Assembly: GCF_001194135.2 (NCBI RefSeq)
Contig: NC_068986.1
Location: forward strand, 79,652,165 to 79,687,739
DNA length: 35,575 nt
Source of the DNA: Octopus bimaculoides
Taxonomy: Eukaryota
Reading direction: 5' to 3'
Shown: positions 1 through 12,102 of the stretch, piece after piece
Layout: each line of letters begins with the position of its first letter
How positions within the stretch are numbered: position 1 is the first letter of the stretch
Notes under the pieces: model-generated
What the model saw: only the letters and a program-made list of their open reading frames with translations
Told to the model about the DNA's origin: nothing
Databases searched by the model: none
Translations under genes and position numbers: made by a program

Positions 1-58
<58 letters not shown>

Positions 59-66
59 TGTATGTA
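1..66. repeat. (TA)n/(TGTA)n microsatellite, probably the internal microsatellite of the adjacent SINE
   Basis: Direct reading of the sequence. Confidence 0.95.
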
Positions 67-296
67 CTTGTGTGCATGTACCTGTGTACCAGTGTTTCTC
101 CCCCACCATCGCTTGACAACCAATGTTAGCGTGTTTACGTCCGCATAACCCAGCAGGTCGGCGAAAGAGACTAATAGAATAAGTATTAGGCTTACAAAGA
201 ATAAGCCCTTGAGTCGATTAGTTCGACTAAAGGCAGTGCTCCAGCATGGCCACAATCAAATGACTGAAACAAGTAATGGATTAAAAGTATAAGAGA
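67..296 (+). mobile_element. 3' half of SINE family A
   Basis: Shares CATCGCTTGACAACC..GTGTTTACGTCC, GAATAAG..GTCGATT and GCTCCAGCATGGCC..AATGACTGAAACAAGTAA with the copies at 4800-4935, 15000-15095 and 21330-21525. Confidence 0.85.
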
Positions 297-953
297 ATAT
301 ATATATGAGCAATAATTTATATCGACAAAGAATATGGTGACTGACACTTACTCAACATTTTGTTTCCTATTATTTTACAATGACACACACCATATTTATA
401 TGATTACTACGACCATCACGTGATTCCACTGCACAGAGTGTGGGCAGCTGCATATGCAATCGGGCATTACCCGTTTCCATATTCTCTATCGTTATGATTT
501 GTGTTAATATACACTTCAGATATTACCATCCAGTGAAGCTAACACGGACATACCCATCGGAGGAATTTACAGTATGAGTGACAACTCCTAGTAGTCATAG
601 ACTTTGAATACTAATCGTTGCTGTTAGCCATGACCTGGAACATAACTCAGAGCTATTGCAGTAACCACTCAAACTATATATATCCCTCTAAACTGACATT
701 ATGTGTGTGTGTTTGTGTGTATATATATATATGTGTGTGTTTTTATACATATTTATGTCCTGTACCCAGATATGCACCTATACATACAGGTGGATGTCGG
801 TATGCACATACCTGTACGTATATATGCATATACTCATTTACTATTTGTTTTTACATGACTGAATGCAGCGTCACCAATTTGTAAGTAGTTTTCGTAACTT
901 CATATTTTCCGACGCTACTCTATCTCTTTCTCTCTCTCTTCCTCTATCATTTC

Positions 954-1070
954 CCCCCTCTCGTTCTTCCTCTTTACTACTACGTATCTCACTTTACCCC
1001 TCTCGTTCTTTCTCTGTTACTACTACGTATCTCTTTTTTCCCCCTCGTACTTCCTCTCTTTCTCTTTTCC
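954..1070. repeat. CT-rich minisatellite, about 43-bp unit x about 2.5
   Basis: CCCTCTCGTTCTT..TTACTACTACGTATCTC occurs twice, followed by a partial third copy. Confidence 0.7.
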
Positions 1071-2164
1071 TCTCGTTGCTCACCTATTCTTCTACTTCCT
1101 CCGTGTTTCTCCCNNNNNNNNNNNNNNNNNNNNNNNNNNNNNNNNNNNNNNNNNNNNNNNNNNNNNNNNNNNNNNNNNNNNNNNNNNNNNNNNNNNNNNN
1201 NNNNNNNNNNNNNNNNNNNNNNNNNNNNNNNNNNNNNNNNNNNNNNNNNNNNNNNNNNNNNNNNNNNNNNNNNNNNNNNNNNNNNNNNNNNNNNNNNNNN
1301 NNNNNNNNNNNNNNNNNNNNNNNNNNNNNNNNNNNNNNNNNNNNNNNNNNNNNNNNNNNNNNNNNNNNNNNNNNNNNNNNNNNNNNNNNNNNNNNNNNNN
1401 NNNNNNNNNNNNNNNNNNNNNNNNNNNNNNNNNNNNNNNNNNNNNNNNNNNNNNNNNNNNNNNNNNNNNNNNNNNNNNNNNNNNNNNNNNNNNNNNNNNN
1501 NNNNNNNNNNNNNNNNNNNNNNNNNNNNNNNNNNNNNNNNNNNNNNNNNNNNNNNNNNNNNNNNNNNNNNNNNNNNNNNNNNNNNNNNNNNNNNNNNNNN
1601 NNNNNNNNNNNNNNNNNNNNNNNNNNNNNNNNNNNNNNNNNNNNNNNNNNNNNNNNNNNNNNNNNNNNNNNNNNNNNNNNNNNNNNNNNNNNNNNNNNNN
1701 NNNNGTATATATGTTTCTCTATCTATCTATCTATCTATAGATGTGTGTGTGTGTGTGCGTGTGTATGTGTGTGTGTGAGTATGTGCGTGTGTGTGTGTAG
1801 TATAATCAAGAACATGAGTGTAGTGAAGTTGCCATCATTAGTGGAAAATCCAACGTTTCAGAGATAGTCATTCTTCTTAGAAAAGTTGGCAGTAGAGAAA
1901 TTAAAATGAGAGGCGGAACAGCTGTACATACTCAAAGTAAAAAAAATATATAACTGGCTGCAATATTAGTTTTTTCGAATTTAAAGGATGTAAATCTTTA
2001 CTGTGCCTTATTAGTTTCTCACATCCTGAACTTTCGCTGAAATAAGACTCTATGCGAAGCGTTTGACTTCCCACTCACCACGGCAAGTTCAGTGCCGTTT
2101 ACTAAATAATACAGTTCTTGCTGACGTAGTTAAGTATTAGTCATTTTGGAGTGGGTCTGATTTT

Positions 2165-2430
2165 ATGTGTGTGTGCGTGTGTCTGTGTGTGTGTGCGTGT
2201 GTCTGTGTGCGTGCGTGTGTCTGTATGTGCGCGTGTGTCTGTGTGTGTGCGTATGTCTGTGTGTGTGCGTGTGTCTGTATGTGTGTGTATTAACATGCAT
2301 GGTCACGCATATACGCACATACACACACAAACACATATACAAGCATGCAAACACATACATATACACACAAACATATACACATACATATGTATATATATAT
2401 GCGTGTGTGTATGTGTGTGTGTGTGTGTGC
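2165..2430. repeat. Compound (GT)n/(GTGC)n/(CA)n microsatellite block
   Basis: Direct reading; accounts for the V-C and H-T ORFs here. Confidence 0.9.
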
Positions 2431-2967
2431 TCTGAACGAAGGAAGAAGCAATAAGAGGGCCATATGACGATATACAGAAGATTAAAAAGGTAAAAAATAT
2501 TAATGATAAAAAATATGAAATAGAAACTGAAATGATATGAATACATTACAAGAAATGAGAGATTTGTGTTTAAGGGGGATTAAAATACACGTAAATCATG
2601 AATATGCATGTGTATGTACGTGTGTAAGTGTACGTGCGTGTCTGTTGTTGTTGCGTATGCATGTTCTACTGTTGTTGCGAATGTGTGCCTATAAATGTTT
2701 GTTGTGTGTTGATGTGTGAAGGAGATTTGTGGAGGAGTCTGCTGACGTCAGAATCGTCATTTTGTAAGAGGATTGCCTAATGAACGCCTGTTTACGCAGA
2801 AACAGCACATGTGTTAATGAATAATTGAAAAGGCAAGTTCATTTAGAAGGAAAACTACTGCTGTTGTTGCTGTTGCTGCTGCCGCTGCTACTACCACTAC
2901 TTCTGCTCGATTTCTTATCACCTTTCCCTTCTCTTTTTCAAATTCTACTTCTTCCTCTTTGTTTTTA

Positions 2968-3061
<94 letters not shown>
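2968..3061. repeat. (TAC)n followed by (AAT)n compound microsatellite
   Basis: Direct reading. Confidence 0.95.
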
Positions 3062-3063
<2 letters not shown>

Positions 3064-3174
3064 GATAATTTTTTTATCTTCCACTACTATTCGCTTTTTT
3101 ACCTTCGTTTTTTCTTGTATTTTTTGTCTTCATTACCGTCGACATGCCTATCAACATTTCATTACCAATATCAT

Positions 3175-3345
3175 TGTCATGACGTTCATCATCATCATTA
3201 TTATCTTCATCCACAGTTATACCACCACTATCATCTTCATCATCATCATCATCATCATTATCCTCATTACTACTCTCATCATCAATTATATCACTACAAC
3301 AATCAGCCTTCAATTCATCTTCATCATCATAACGATCACCATCTA

Positions 3346-3389
<44 letters not shown>

Positions 3390-3460
3390 CTATCATCATC
3401 ACTATCGTCAGCAGCATTATCATCGCTAACCATTATCATTATCATAATTATCATGACTAT
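3175..3460. repeat. Degenerate (CAT)n trinucleotide block
   Basis: Direct reading; gives poly-H, poly-I and poly-D ORFs in different frames. Confidence 0.9.
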
Positions 3461-4531
3461 CGTTATTACTGTTGAGACACGTAAGTTAAGTGAAGTATGA
3501 AAAATTGTTCATTACTGAAAACAACATGAACCTACCAGAACATTTATAACATAGGCTAGCAACACCAGTGCCAGCAGTACCGCCGGCAGGATCACCACTA
3601 GCATGTACAATCGTTTCCGGTATGTTACATAAGTGAAAAGAAAAGAAAAGAAAAGAAAAAAAAGAAGCGTTATTTATAGTTATTTACAGCAATGAAAGTC
3701 CATTAAAGCATATGTCAATAACATAAATTTGCTATGCGAATAGTAAAAATAACTACAGGATCGCTGCTATCTGAAACATTTCACTCGGAAGAAAGAATAT
3801 TTGTGATTCTTGGCGCATCTACCGGATCTTTTATTTATAAGTACGTATGGTTTGGTGGGTGGGTGGATTGATGGATTAATGGATTAACGAATGGGCGGAT
3901 GGATATAAACAGCTAAAAGCACAGTTAACAATATTGAAACAAAACTTCTCCATTTACATTAATAAACAATTATATGGGTGAATAATTACCACACGATTCG
4001 ACAGAAAACCTAGCGATCGGGTATTATCCGCGATGGACTAATTAGCTAAAATAGAATGCGCAGAGATCGAGACCATTCCAAATTTTGAACATTGGATGTT
4101 ATATTCGACCGTACTGCGATTACCATCCGCCAACAGATGGGATTAAAGCAGATCTATCGTAACGTGAAAAACAATCACAACGAATATCGACAGACTCTCT
4201 AACTAGACACTGTCACTAAGTACAAACTGAATAATATATTTACTAACCACCAACTGCAACTTTATGATAGATTAGGAGAACTGGCGAGAAGATATGTTAA
4301 TGGGCAAGTGAATTACTTTTAAACATGAAATGGGAGCGGTAAGGGAAAAATTTCCTCATCGGAAAAAATTACTAGAACGCAAATCTATCAAGCGCAAACT
4401 TAGAGTAAAAACGCAGTGTGAAAAGCCATAGCATCAAGATAATGAAAGTTCCTTTCTCTGACAATATAGTGTCATTTTGATGGGGGACCTGGATACAAAG
4501 AAGCAATGATACAATGTGTTTAAATGAGCTA

Positions 4532-4694
4532 GGCGCAGGAGTGGCTGTGTGGTAAGTAACTTGCTTACCAACCACATGGTTCCGGGTTCATTCCCACTGC
4601 GTGGGACCTTGGACAAGTGTCTTCTACTATAGCCGCGGGCCGACCAAAGCCTTGTGAGTGGATTTGGTAGGCGGAAACGGAAAGAAGCCCGTTG

Positions 4695-4790
<96 letters not shown>

Positions 4791-4940
4791 TGTGTCTGTG
4801 TTTTTCCCCCCAGCATCGCTTGACAACCGATGCTGGTGTGTTTACGTCCCCGTAACTTAGAGGTTCAGCAAAAGATACCGAAAGAATAAGTCCTGGGGTC
4901 GATTTGCTCGTCTAAATGACTGAAACAAGTAAAGAGAGTA
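4532..4940 (+). mobile_element. Full-length tRNA-derived SINE, family A, with internal (TA)n(TG)n microsatellite
   Basis: A-box-like TGGCTGTGTGG (4542-4552) and B-box-like GGTTCATTCCC (about 4586-4596). CORE-like CCTTGGACAAGTGTCTT, microsatellite 4694-4795, then a tail ending AATGACTGAAACAAGTAAAGAG. Homologous copies occur elsewhere in the window. Confidence 0.9.
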
Positions 4941-6496
4941 GGGAGAAAGTAATATGCAAATGTTTATCCCAAAACTTATGCCATCAACAGCGAAACGTCC
5001 CTGACTGTTGTTACATAACAACCGAAAAGAAAATTACCTGAGAGAGATCTGAGAGTTTGTTATTGCTACACATTGCTTGCGTTCTAAAAGGCTTCGTTGA
5101 TTTTTTCAAAAGAACAATGGACGCTGGCATTGTGCAACTGTCAGCCAACCTGGCTGACAATTATACGTATAACCCTAGTTGCAAAAAAAAACAGGGTATG
5201 CATGTGGCCTCAAATTAGTGGCATTTAGCATGGTCGAATGTGATGTATAAATTATAAGCAGGTTTCTTGAATACATTCTTCTAAGATCGCTGTGAACACA
5301 CACATAATATGGTAACTGAGCACACGGCCTCAGAAAGAAAGAAGTCTGGGGCTGTACTGTACAACTATTCATCATGAAGCTATCCTTAAGGAAATGAAAC
5401 AGCACCGCCAAAATCTGCTGATTTTGTGGCTAGACAATTAGATGTTTCTCAAAAAAAAAAAAAAGAAAGAAAAAGAAAAAAGAAAAGTAAAAAAAAAAAT
5501 GAGAATAAATTAATTTGCAGTCCGGAAATACCATCTTTTAGTGGTAGAGAGAAAATCTTGTTATACATTCCAGGGAGTCTTTATTCGAAGTTCCTGGCCT
5601 GAACACATGCACATAATCATATATACACGTATAAAGAGTAATGTGAGGCCGCACCCACTCAACGACAGCACGTTTAAACACACCTGTACACATATACGCA
5701 CATAACAACAAATATACGTATATACCAATAACAATTAATGCAGTTGGTTACGTTGATAAATGTCTAAGCATCAAACTAGAAAAGGTAAAATTTTCAGTCG
5801 AAAGGACCGGCTAACACTTATTTTACAAATATAATTTATAAACAAAACATTAAAAAATACGAAAGGTTTTCATAAAATTCGATTTGAAACCAATTCATAT
5901 CTTCAAGGAAGAATGCTAATAAGGGTTAGGGTTAGGGTTAAGTTAGAATACATAAAGTGAAGGTGCACATACATGCATATATAAAAGAGGGAGAGAAAGG
6001 GAGAGAATTTTCCTCAGAAATGTACTGATAATTTATATATCGTCACCGAAATTATAAATATCAAAGATGACCGTTGCGTGTTTTGAACCCACAGAGTGCC
6101 AAATTGTATCTATCTGACTGAAATTCACCGTATCTTTTTCTCTTCTTGTGCGGAAAATACTTGCTGTTGACTGAAGTGTAGAGGGGTAGATCGACTATGC
6201 TTTTTAGAACGCCAAGATGGAACCCTTTTAACTTCGTCAATAACTGAGAGTCCAAAGTGTGTGTATGCGTGTGTGTGCGTTTGCGTGTATGTGCGTGTGT
6301 GTGTGTATGCGTGCATTTGCGCGCACGCTCGTGTGTGTGTGTCCTGCAAGCATAATCCAGTGTTTCTGTTTTTGTTTCTGATTTCGCATTAGTTGTTGTT
6401 GCTTCTGCTGTTGTAATTCCTCTGGGGTTTTTTTTCTTTTTATTATATCACTTTTGAAGTTAACTATGAATTTCTCTTCGGTGTTCATGTTTGTGT

Positions 6497-6498
<2 letters not shown>

Positions 6499-6544
<46 letters not shown>

Positions 6545-6559
6545 GTAGTAGTAGTAGTA

Positions 6560-6611
<52 letters not shown>
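6499..6611. repeat. (TAC)n-(TAG)n-(TAA)n compound microsatellite
   Basis: Direct reading. Confidence 0.95.
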
Positions 6612-6612
<1 letters not shown>

Positions 6613-6999
6613 CCTGCTGTTGCTTCTAATACTTGTAATACTATTACAAGTGATGGTGGTTGTGTTGGTGTTTACATTAAGAACAAATGCCAAGTTTTAT
6701 ATTTTTACTTTTATTTTCTGCTTTATTTATTTTTGATTATTTTATTAATTCGTTTAATTTTTTATGTTCTTAGAAGCACCTGCCATTGAATAGTTTCCAT
6801 TCCATATCTCTGCGAGCTATCAAGACACTTTGTTATGTGGTGAATGATTCAATCCCCTGCGGCATCTTCAGATGTCCCAAGATTTTGCCAGCACTTAGTT
6901 GCTTCTTTATCATATCCCTATCGACTGTCAGCCTTCAGGCACTCCTTCCGTTTTGTGAAAATTCCAATGCCTGTATTTTATTGTGTGCGTTATTTGTTT

Positions 7000-8250
7000 T
7001 ATGTATATCGTTATGCAATTATTTATTTATTAAATTTTTGATATACAGATGGTTTCATCTGCATTTCAGGAATGTATCCGAAGTATTGTTCTCCCATGAT
7101 GATTCCTATCAAAATTCTGGTTAGACAATATGATCTTCTATGTGCGGAGTACGTTGGGGTTTTTTTTGAAATTATATAACCTGTGAAAAGGTCACAAAAT
7201 CTTCGGTAGATAAGTCTGTGAGATGTTATATTTTAAGTCAAGCAGCAATGTTGACCAAGATTGTTGAAATAAGTACTAGACAAGTACCAAACGTCATTAT
7301 ATCGATTTATTCTTCAAAATGTATATTGTCGTTTTCCATCGTTCTTGAAATATAGAGAATAAGAATGATTGATCTGAAGTTATCAGGGTTAGAAGAGTTG
7401 CTCGTTTTAAGGGTGAGACACACTCTCATCAGGTTTTGATATTCGTAAACAAAGGAGTAAAGAGCTTGGTAAGAATGCAAGCCAGCTCAGACATGCATTT
7501 TAGGGTTAACAGGGAATACAGTTAATACTTCGACAACTTGGATGATTGAAGAAGTTGATGCTGATCTCAGCTCGTCCCTGATTGAGCCAACCTAAGTGCT
7601 GGAAATATTTTACATTTCACTAAGTTACGCACGGAGTGATAAGGTCTGTGGGCTCCAGAAGGGAATTCTGATTAAGTTTAATTACAAGTGCACAATGTAG
7701 AGTTGATAGACAAAGAGGCACAACTGTATTTCTCTTGTTTATTTTGGGGTTTGGTCAGCTTGAGGTGTATTTATAGGACCACGGTGGTGACAAATTGACG
7801 AGTGGGAGAATTTTGTGAAGTTATTAGAAATTATTGAGAGGAGAGACTAACCGAAGATCGTACAGGAAATGGACGTATAGTTTATCTTTCAAGCATTCAG
7901 TTAGTGACGAAATATCTCTTAGTTTTTATAAATGGGTGAATGAATTCTTCGAGATAGTGTTCTCAGAATTCGTCTGTTGAACAGCTGCAATGAAGTAAGT
8001 GTAAACTGACGGAGAATGGTGGAGACGTGAGCTTGAGTTTCGTGAGGGTTTTATGTATATGACGGGACGCGACAAGGCTGTTGATATTAGTCAAACAATT
8101 AGCCATTAAGAACAGATCAGAAGTGAAAAGCTTTGATAACAAAGGCTGGTCAACGCACGATTGTTTTTAAGTGTATCCTTAAAGATAATATCATATATAA
8201 CATAAAGAGGAACTAAATTTCGGCCAAGCCGTATAGAAAGTGGAAGGTTT
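7000..8250 (-). mobile_element. Highly decayed CR1/L2-type LINE reverse transcriptase region
   Basis: Minus-strand translation across frameshifts gives LKCMSELACILTKLF (about 7458-7505) and SNPDNFRSIILILYISRTME (about 7335-7396). These match the early RT motifs LAPILTKLF and NYRPISLLS.ISKVME. Boundaries approximate. Confidence 0.6.
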
Positions 8251-9239
8251 TAACTTTATTAACGTCCGCATTGTCCTTGAGAAAGACATATATGTAGCAG
8301 CTTTTCTCCAACACACAAATAATTAGCTCGAACTTTAATAAATAAAAATGTCTTATCTTCGTAACGAACGAAGAGAAAGAAATTTACTCACTGAGCGAGA
8401 CTGATTTTCGGCTTAGATTTCCTGGGGAGAATTATTTCACTTCATTTAGGAAAAGTCATAAAAGTTACAAACTCATTTCTACTTCTGCTAAAAGATTCCG
8501 TTTAAACGCTTATGTCAAAAACAATTACTCTCACCCGCAAACAATTGTAGACCACAAAAGTACAGGTGAACTTCAAATGATTCTATTCATTAAATTTCTG
8601 AATTAGATTTACCCTTTCCTTATCTTCTCCGTGGGTTTGTGAAGAGAGGTAGAGATGAGAAATTTTTGCAGTGGTTTTATCACTAAACAACAACACAACA
8701 AAGCACACAAGATTAAGTTAAGATACGTGACTGTTTAAGTATTTCGACTCCTCACAGATCTGATAAGATATTTAAAATGTTCCAACTTTATTTTAACGCC
8801 TGAAGGTGTTGACGTCAAAGGAGTTAATGTCAAGGAAAAATGAAGATATTTGGAAAGATATATTTTTATGCATGTGTGAGGAGTACTCTAAGCCCCTCGA
8901 TAGGTTGCTGATGAATATTTCAACAGTTTTCAAGAGAGTATCTCATTGCACACAAACATGCAAGGTTCATCCTTCTTTCTTGTTTGCTTTTTTACCACAG
9001 TCATGCTGAGTTATCACCTTGAAGGGATTTCGTCGATCTTACTGATGTTAGTAGTATTTTAGTCATTTGATTAGTGTATCGTTCTCCACTCATCAAGTCA
9101 CCAAGAAATATTTTGACATAAAGGGAAGCATTTCAACATCAAATAACGACTGCACATTCTAAACGCCAACGCGATCAGACACACATGCGCAGCGCTCGCG
9201 CATACATGCACACGCTCTCATACGCATATTTACATGCCT

Positions 9240-9315
9240 TTGTGTGTGTGTGTACGCGTGCGTGTGCGTGCGTGCGTGTGTGCGTGCGTGCGTGCGTGCG
9301 TGCGTGTGTGTGTGT

Positions 9316-9355
<40 letters not shown>
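9240..9355. repeat. (GT)n/(GTGC)n microsatellite
   Basis: Direct reading. Confidence 0.95.
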
Positions 9356-9931
9356 ACAAATTCTATCAGAAAATAAAAAGGAACAAAAAATTGTTTCGTT
9401 AGCTGTGTCAGATGGAAACTTCATCAAAGCTTCAAATATTGGCGATTAAGATAAAGAAGAGCAAAATAAAGAAAGGAGTGAAGGATTTATTTGTGTAACC
9501 CGCGTAGCTTTTTGATAAGTAGATGATATGAACCACTGATTGCCAAATCAATTTCTTGAGAATTGGTTTCAAATGTGACTTATTGGTCTCATATCAAAAC
9601 CTACGGCACGGCATATCAACTCAACTGACCGTTCCTTTTACGAATCTTGTAGCGGAATTATCCAACACGACGGCTATCCTCAGATGACCCTAGCGTTTAG
9701 AAAATTTCACTCATGCTGGAATTAACAGTCAGTATTTTCTACTAACTACTTCCATCTCCTTTCAATCGTCACCTAGACATACAGACATACGTATATTTAT
9801 TACATTCAAATCTTCCAGTCGTTCATTAATATATAATGTTGTATTCACAGTCGCCCAATAACATCTGTCTGTTTCTGCCTAATTCTTCCTTCATTTTGTA
9901 CAGGGGTAATTAGCTGTCAGATCGTTCATTA

Positions 9932-10004
9932 TAAGAATTCTATCAACTGTCCAGTAAGAATTCTATCAACTGTCCAGTAAGAATTCTATCAACTGTCCAG
10001 TAAG
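9932..10004. repeat. Perfect 23-bp tandem repeat x3 (TAAGAATTCTATCAACTGTCCAG)
   Basis: Three identical units at 9932, 9955 and 9978, plus a trailing TAAG. Confidence 0.95.
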
Positions 10005-10089
10005 CTCTCCAAAAATGTCTTGGCAACTTAATTTGCAGTAAAGTTGGTATTACAGAAAATAGTAGCCAGAGTACGGACGAAGAAATACA

Positions 10090-10420
10090 AGTCCAGTGAG
10101 CGCTTGTTCTTTGGTATCAAAGGGCATCTCCCACCGAATGAAAGGCAAACTGTATTGTGTTTGAGCAAAATAGGTGCAATATTGTATGGTACCGAAACAT
10201 GTTAGCGAAGATAGAACTCTGTGAATATGAAAAGACCAAAATGAAATAGGACTAGCATGCTCCGTTGAATGCATGACATTAGTATGCAAGAACGATGGAA
10301 CATAAAAGATTTGAGAAAACGAACGGATATACAAGAAGTAAGATATCGTGTATAAGAAAGGAAACTGGAAGTGTTACGTATGCAACATGACAGTTCCGTT
10401 GAATAAAGAAGTACTAAGCG
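10090..10420 (+). mobile_element. Decayed RTE-clade LINE fragment, C-terminal to the RT domain
   Basis: RMKGKLY (10135-10155), AILYGTET (10176-10199) and TSMLR*M match the RTE pattern KG.LY....R.A.LYG.ETW...E..MLRWM. Contains stops and frameshifts. Confidence 0.75.
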
Positions 10421-11547
10421 TACGAAGCTTGTCTATTGAAGTAAAACACAGCAGTTTATATGGTGGAGATCTAGATATATCGTAGATTTTTTAAAATATA
10501 ATATAGTTCTTCACAAAATCCTTATTTAAAATTGAGTGTCTTGAACGTTATTTTGCTAGAAACAATTATGGTTTATACACGGTACTAGTTTTCGCTATTT
10601 GTTTTTTTCTAAACTATTACGCTTAAAACAGGCTCCATTGTAATTTTCTTTGTGATGTGAATCAATAAATTTTAGTTTGATTCCTAGTGCACCACGAAGT
10701 CAAACAGATTGGGAACCTCTGCATAATGTTGATGTCGTACTACTAAACCTATGCTACAGTAAAACGTTGATACGTTACTTTCGTATCTCGCGGTATCACT
10801 AGTCATTTCAGCCATTTACTATCTGAATTAGCTGTTTCACTGTATAACCCTCAGTCGCCTTAATCGGGCAGACCTCTTAACAAAAGAGTTCGGTTATTTT
10901 CATCAAGTATTCAATTTCTCCTTCCTTTTCAATATGATTGAAAAGAAATTGATTGTAACTTGCTTACTATTTCTGTCTGGTCCATAACTAAAAGAAATAA
11001 TTCTCATCGATTCAATTCATCTAGGCGCATAACGTAACATGTTATATTCTATAACATTTTAGAGTGCATTACGATAAAATTCGCAGTGTATATATATTTT
11101 TTTAAATAACCCGGTGGCTGTTTATGACAGTTATTTCATAATACAAAAACGCAGTGAAGAACGAAGAAAAATAGAAACTTATGACACATAATTACTGGTG
11201 CAAGTCGGTTTTGAGTGACTGTCTTTAACGGCAAAGAGCGTAACTTAGTAGGTCGATCCAGATGGATAAAATATGTATCAGAATGCAAGATCAATTTTTT
11301 TTCTTTTTCACAAATTGCGTTTTCTTATCTTTTAGTCAGGAGTGAAGAAAATGTCCATTAGCCGTTAGAGACTGGAAAGAAAAAATTATCCTCACCTAGT
11401 TCGAACGTTTGCCACAGAACGGAACCCGCGCGGAACCCCTAGTGAGAGTTTGGTTATAAATAGGACGATGGATTTAGCCTCCTACCCAAGTAGGTTCTTT
11501 AAAGATTTGGACTCATAATGAAAAGGTTTGAAACAACAATAATATTG

Positions 11548-11700
11548 TGTCCTATCAATCCACCAACTTCGATTAGTACTTTTCATTGATTTTGATAAGA
11601 TACAAAGAAAAGTTGACCTCGGCGGAATTTGAACTAAGAACGCAAAATGTCGGCTCAAATATTGCGAGGCATTCTGTTCGCCGCTCTTACGAGTTTGGCA
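11548..11700 (-). mobile_element. SINE family B, decayed
   Basis: Reverse complement has GTTCTTAGTTCAAATTCCGCCGAGGTCAACTTT, homologous to 13585-13625 and 15955-15990. Confidence 0.7.
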
Positions 11701-11705
11701 ATTCA

Positions 11706-11738
<33 letters not shown>

Positions 11739-11760
11739 AGTAATAATAATAACAATAAAC

Positions 11761-11807
<47 letters not shown>

Positions 11808-11845
11808 TAATAATAATAATAATAATAAAAATAATAATAATAATA
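11706..11845. repeat. (GAT)n then (AAT)n microsatellite
   Basis: Direct reading. Confidence 0.95.
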
Positions 11846-12102
11846 GAAACAATTCCTATCATAGTAGGTGCCTTAGGTATAATAAAAAAATATTCAGACA
11901 AATACATAACAAAAACACCAGGACTTACAAATATATATAACACAGAAAATTTCACTACTGGGTACTGCACACATTCTACGCAAAACACTTTCAATACAGT
12001 AAACATAAGAGCACCACAGCAAACCACAGCACATACCCAAGGCGCACAGAGCTGCGCTCGGTAGTGAAGTGAAAGCACGTTATAAAAATAAAACTACTGA
12101 AC
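11846..12102 (+). mobile_element. 5'-truncated R4/Dong-clade (RLE-type) non-LTR retrotransposon 3' end, between (AAT)n tracts
   Basis: ETIPIIVGALGIIKKYSDKYITKTPGLTNIYN (from 11846), a frameshift, then QKISLLGTAHILRKTLSIQ* (11943-12002). This matches the PI..GALG...QK..LLGTA.ILR C-terminus of restriction-like endonuclease domains. About 100 bp of 3' UTR follows, then (AAT)6 at 12103-12120. Confidence 0.85.

Noticed and set aside
863-1867. Long ORFs spanning N gaps (also 22362-23421, 25763-26479, 27753-28985 and 32150-32788)
   Set aside because: Their length comes from X codons in gaps; only the 28823-29280 minus segment is real coding-derived sequence.
1844-1885. Minus-strand CTAAGAAGA..TCTCTGAAACGTTGG hammerhead-like motif
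   Set aside because: The CUGA core is broken and the stems are not recoverable; possibly a relic but unsupportable.
2151-2546. ORFs rich in VC, HT, YI, LS or ER dipeptides here and throughout the track
   Set aside because: They are translations of dinucleotide and tetranucleotide microsatellites, open in several frames at once.
2825-3475. 216-aa poly-L/T/N/I ORF and antisense poly-D ORF
   Set aside because: Explained by (TAC)n, (AAT)n and (CAT)n repeats; no splice or codon evidence.
3900-4370. Possible Mutator-like transposase C-terminus (YDRLGELARRYVNGQVNYF)
   Set aside because: Motif spacing does not fit and the similarity is too vague.
4532-4605. tRNA gene
   Set aside because: A- and B-box-like motifs belong to a SINE head; no complete cloverleaf.
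8391-8420. 30-nt minus-strand exon candidate (also 5038-5085, about 12342-12440, 16065-16083 and 19711-19727)
   Set aside because: Isolated splice-signal pairs are expected by chance in 35 kb of AT-rich DNA; those whose junctions I could test gave stops or phase clashes with the 12.9-14.0 kb chain.
9932-10004. CRISPR array
   Set aside because: The repeats are contiguous with no spacers, in a eukaryotic context.
10194-10203. GAAACATGT resembling hammerhead stem III
   Set aside because: It lies in RTE coding sequence (ET codons) with no upstream CUGANGA.
10700-10726. hAT-like TIR TTGGGAACCTCTG, and CGGAACCC motifs at about 11420-11440
   Set aside because: Only short motifs; no partner TIR or 8-bp TSD identified.
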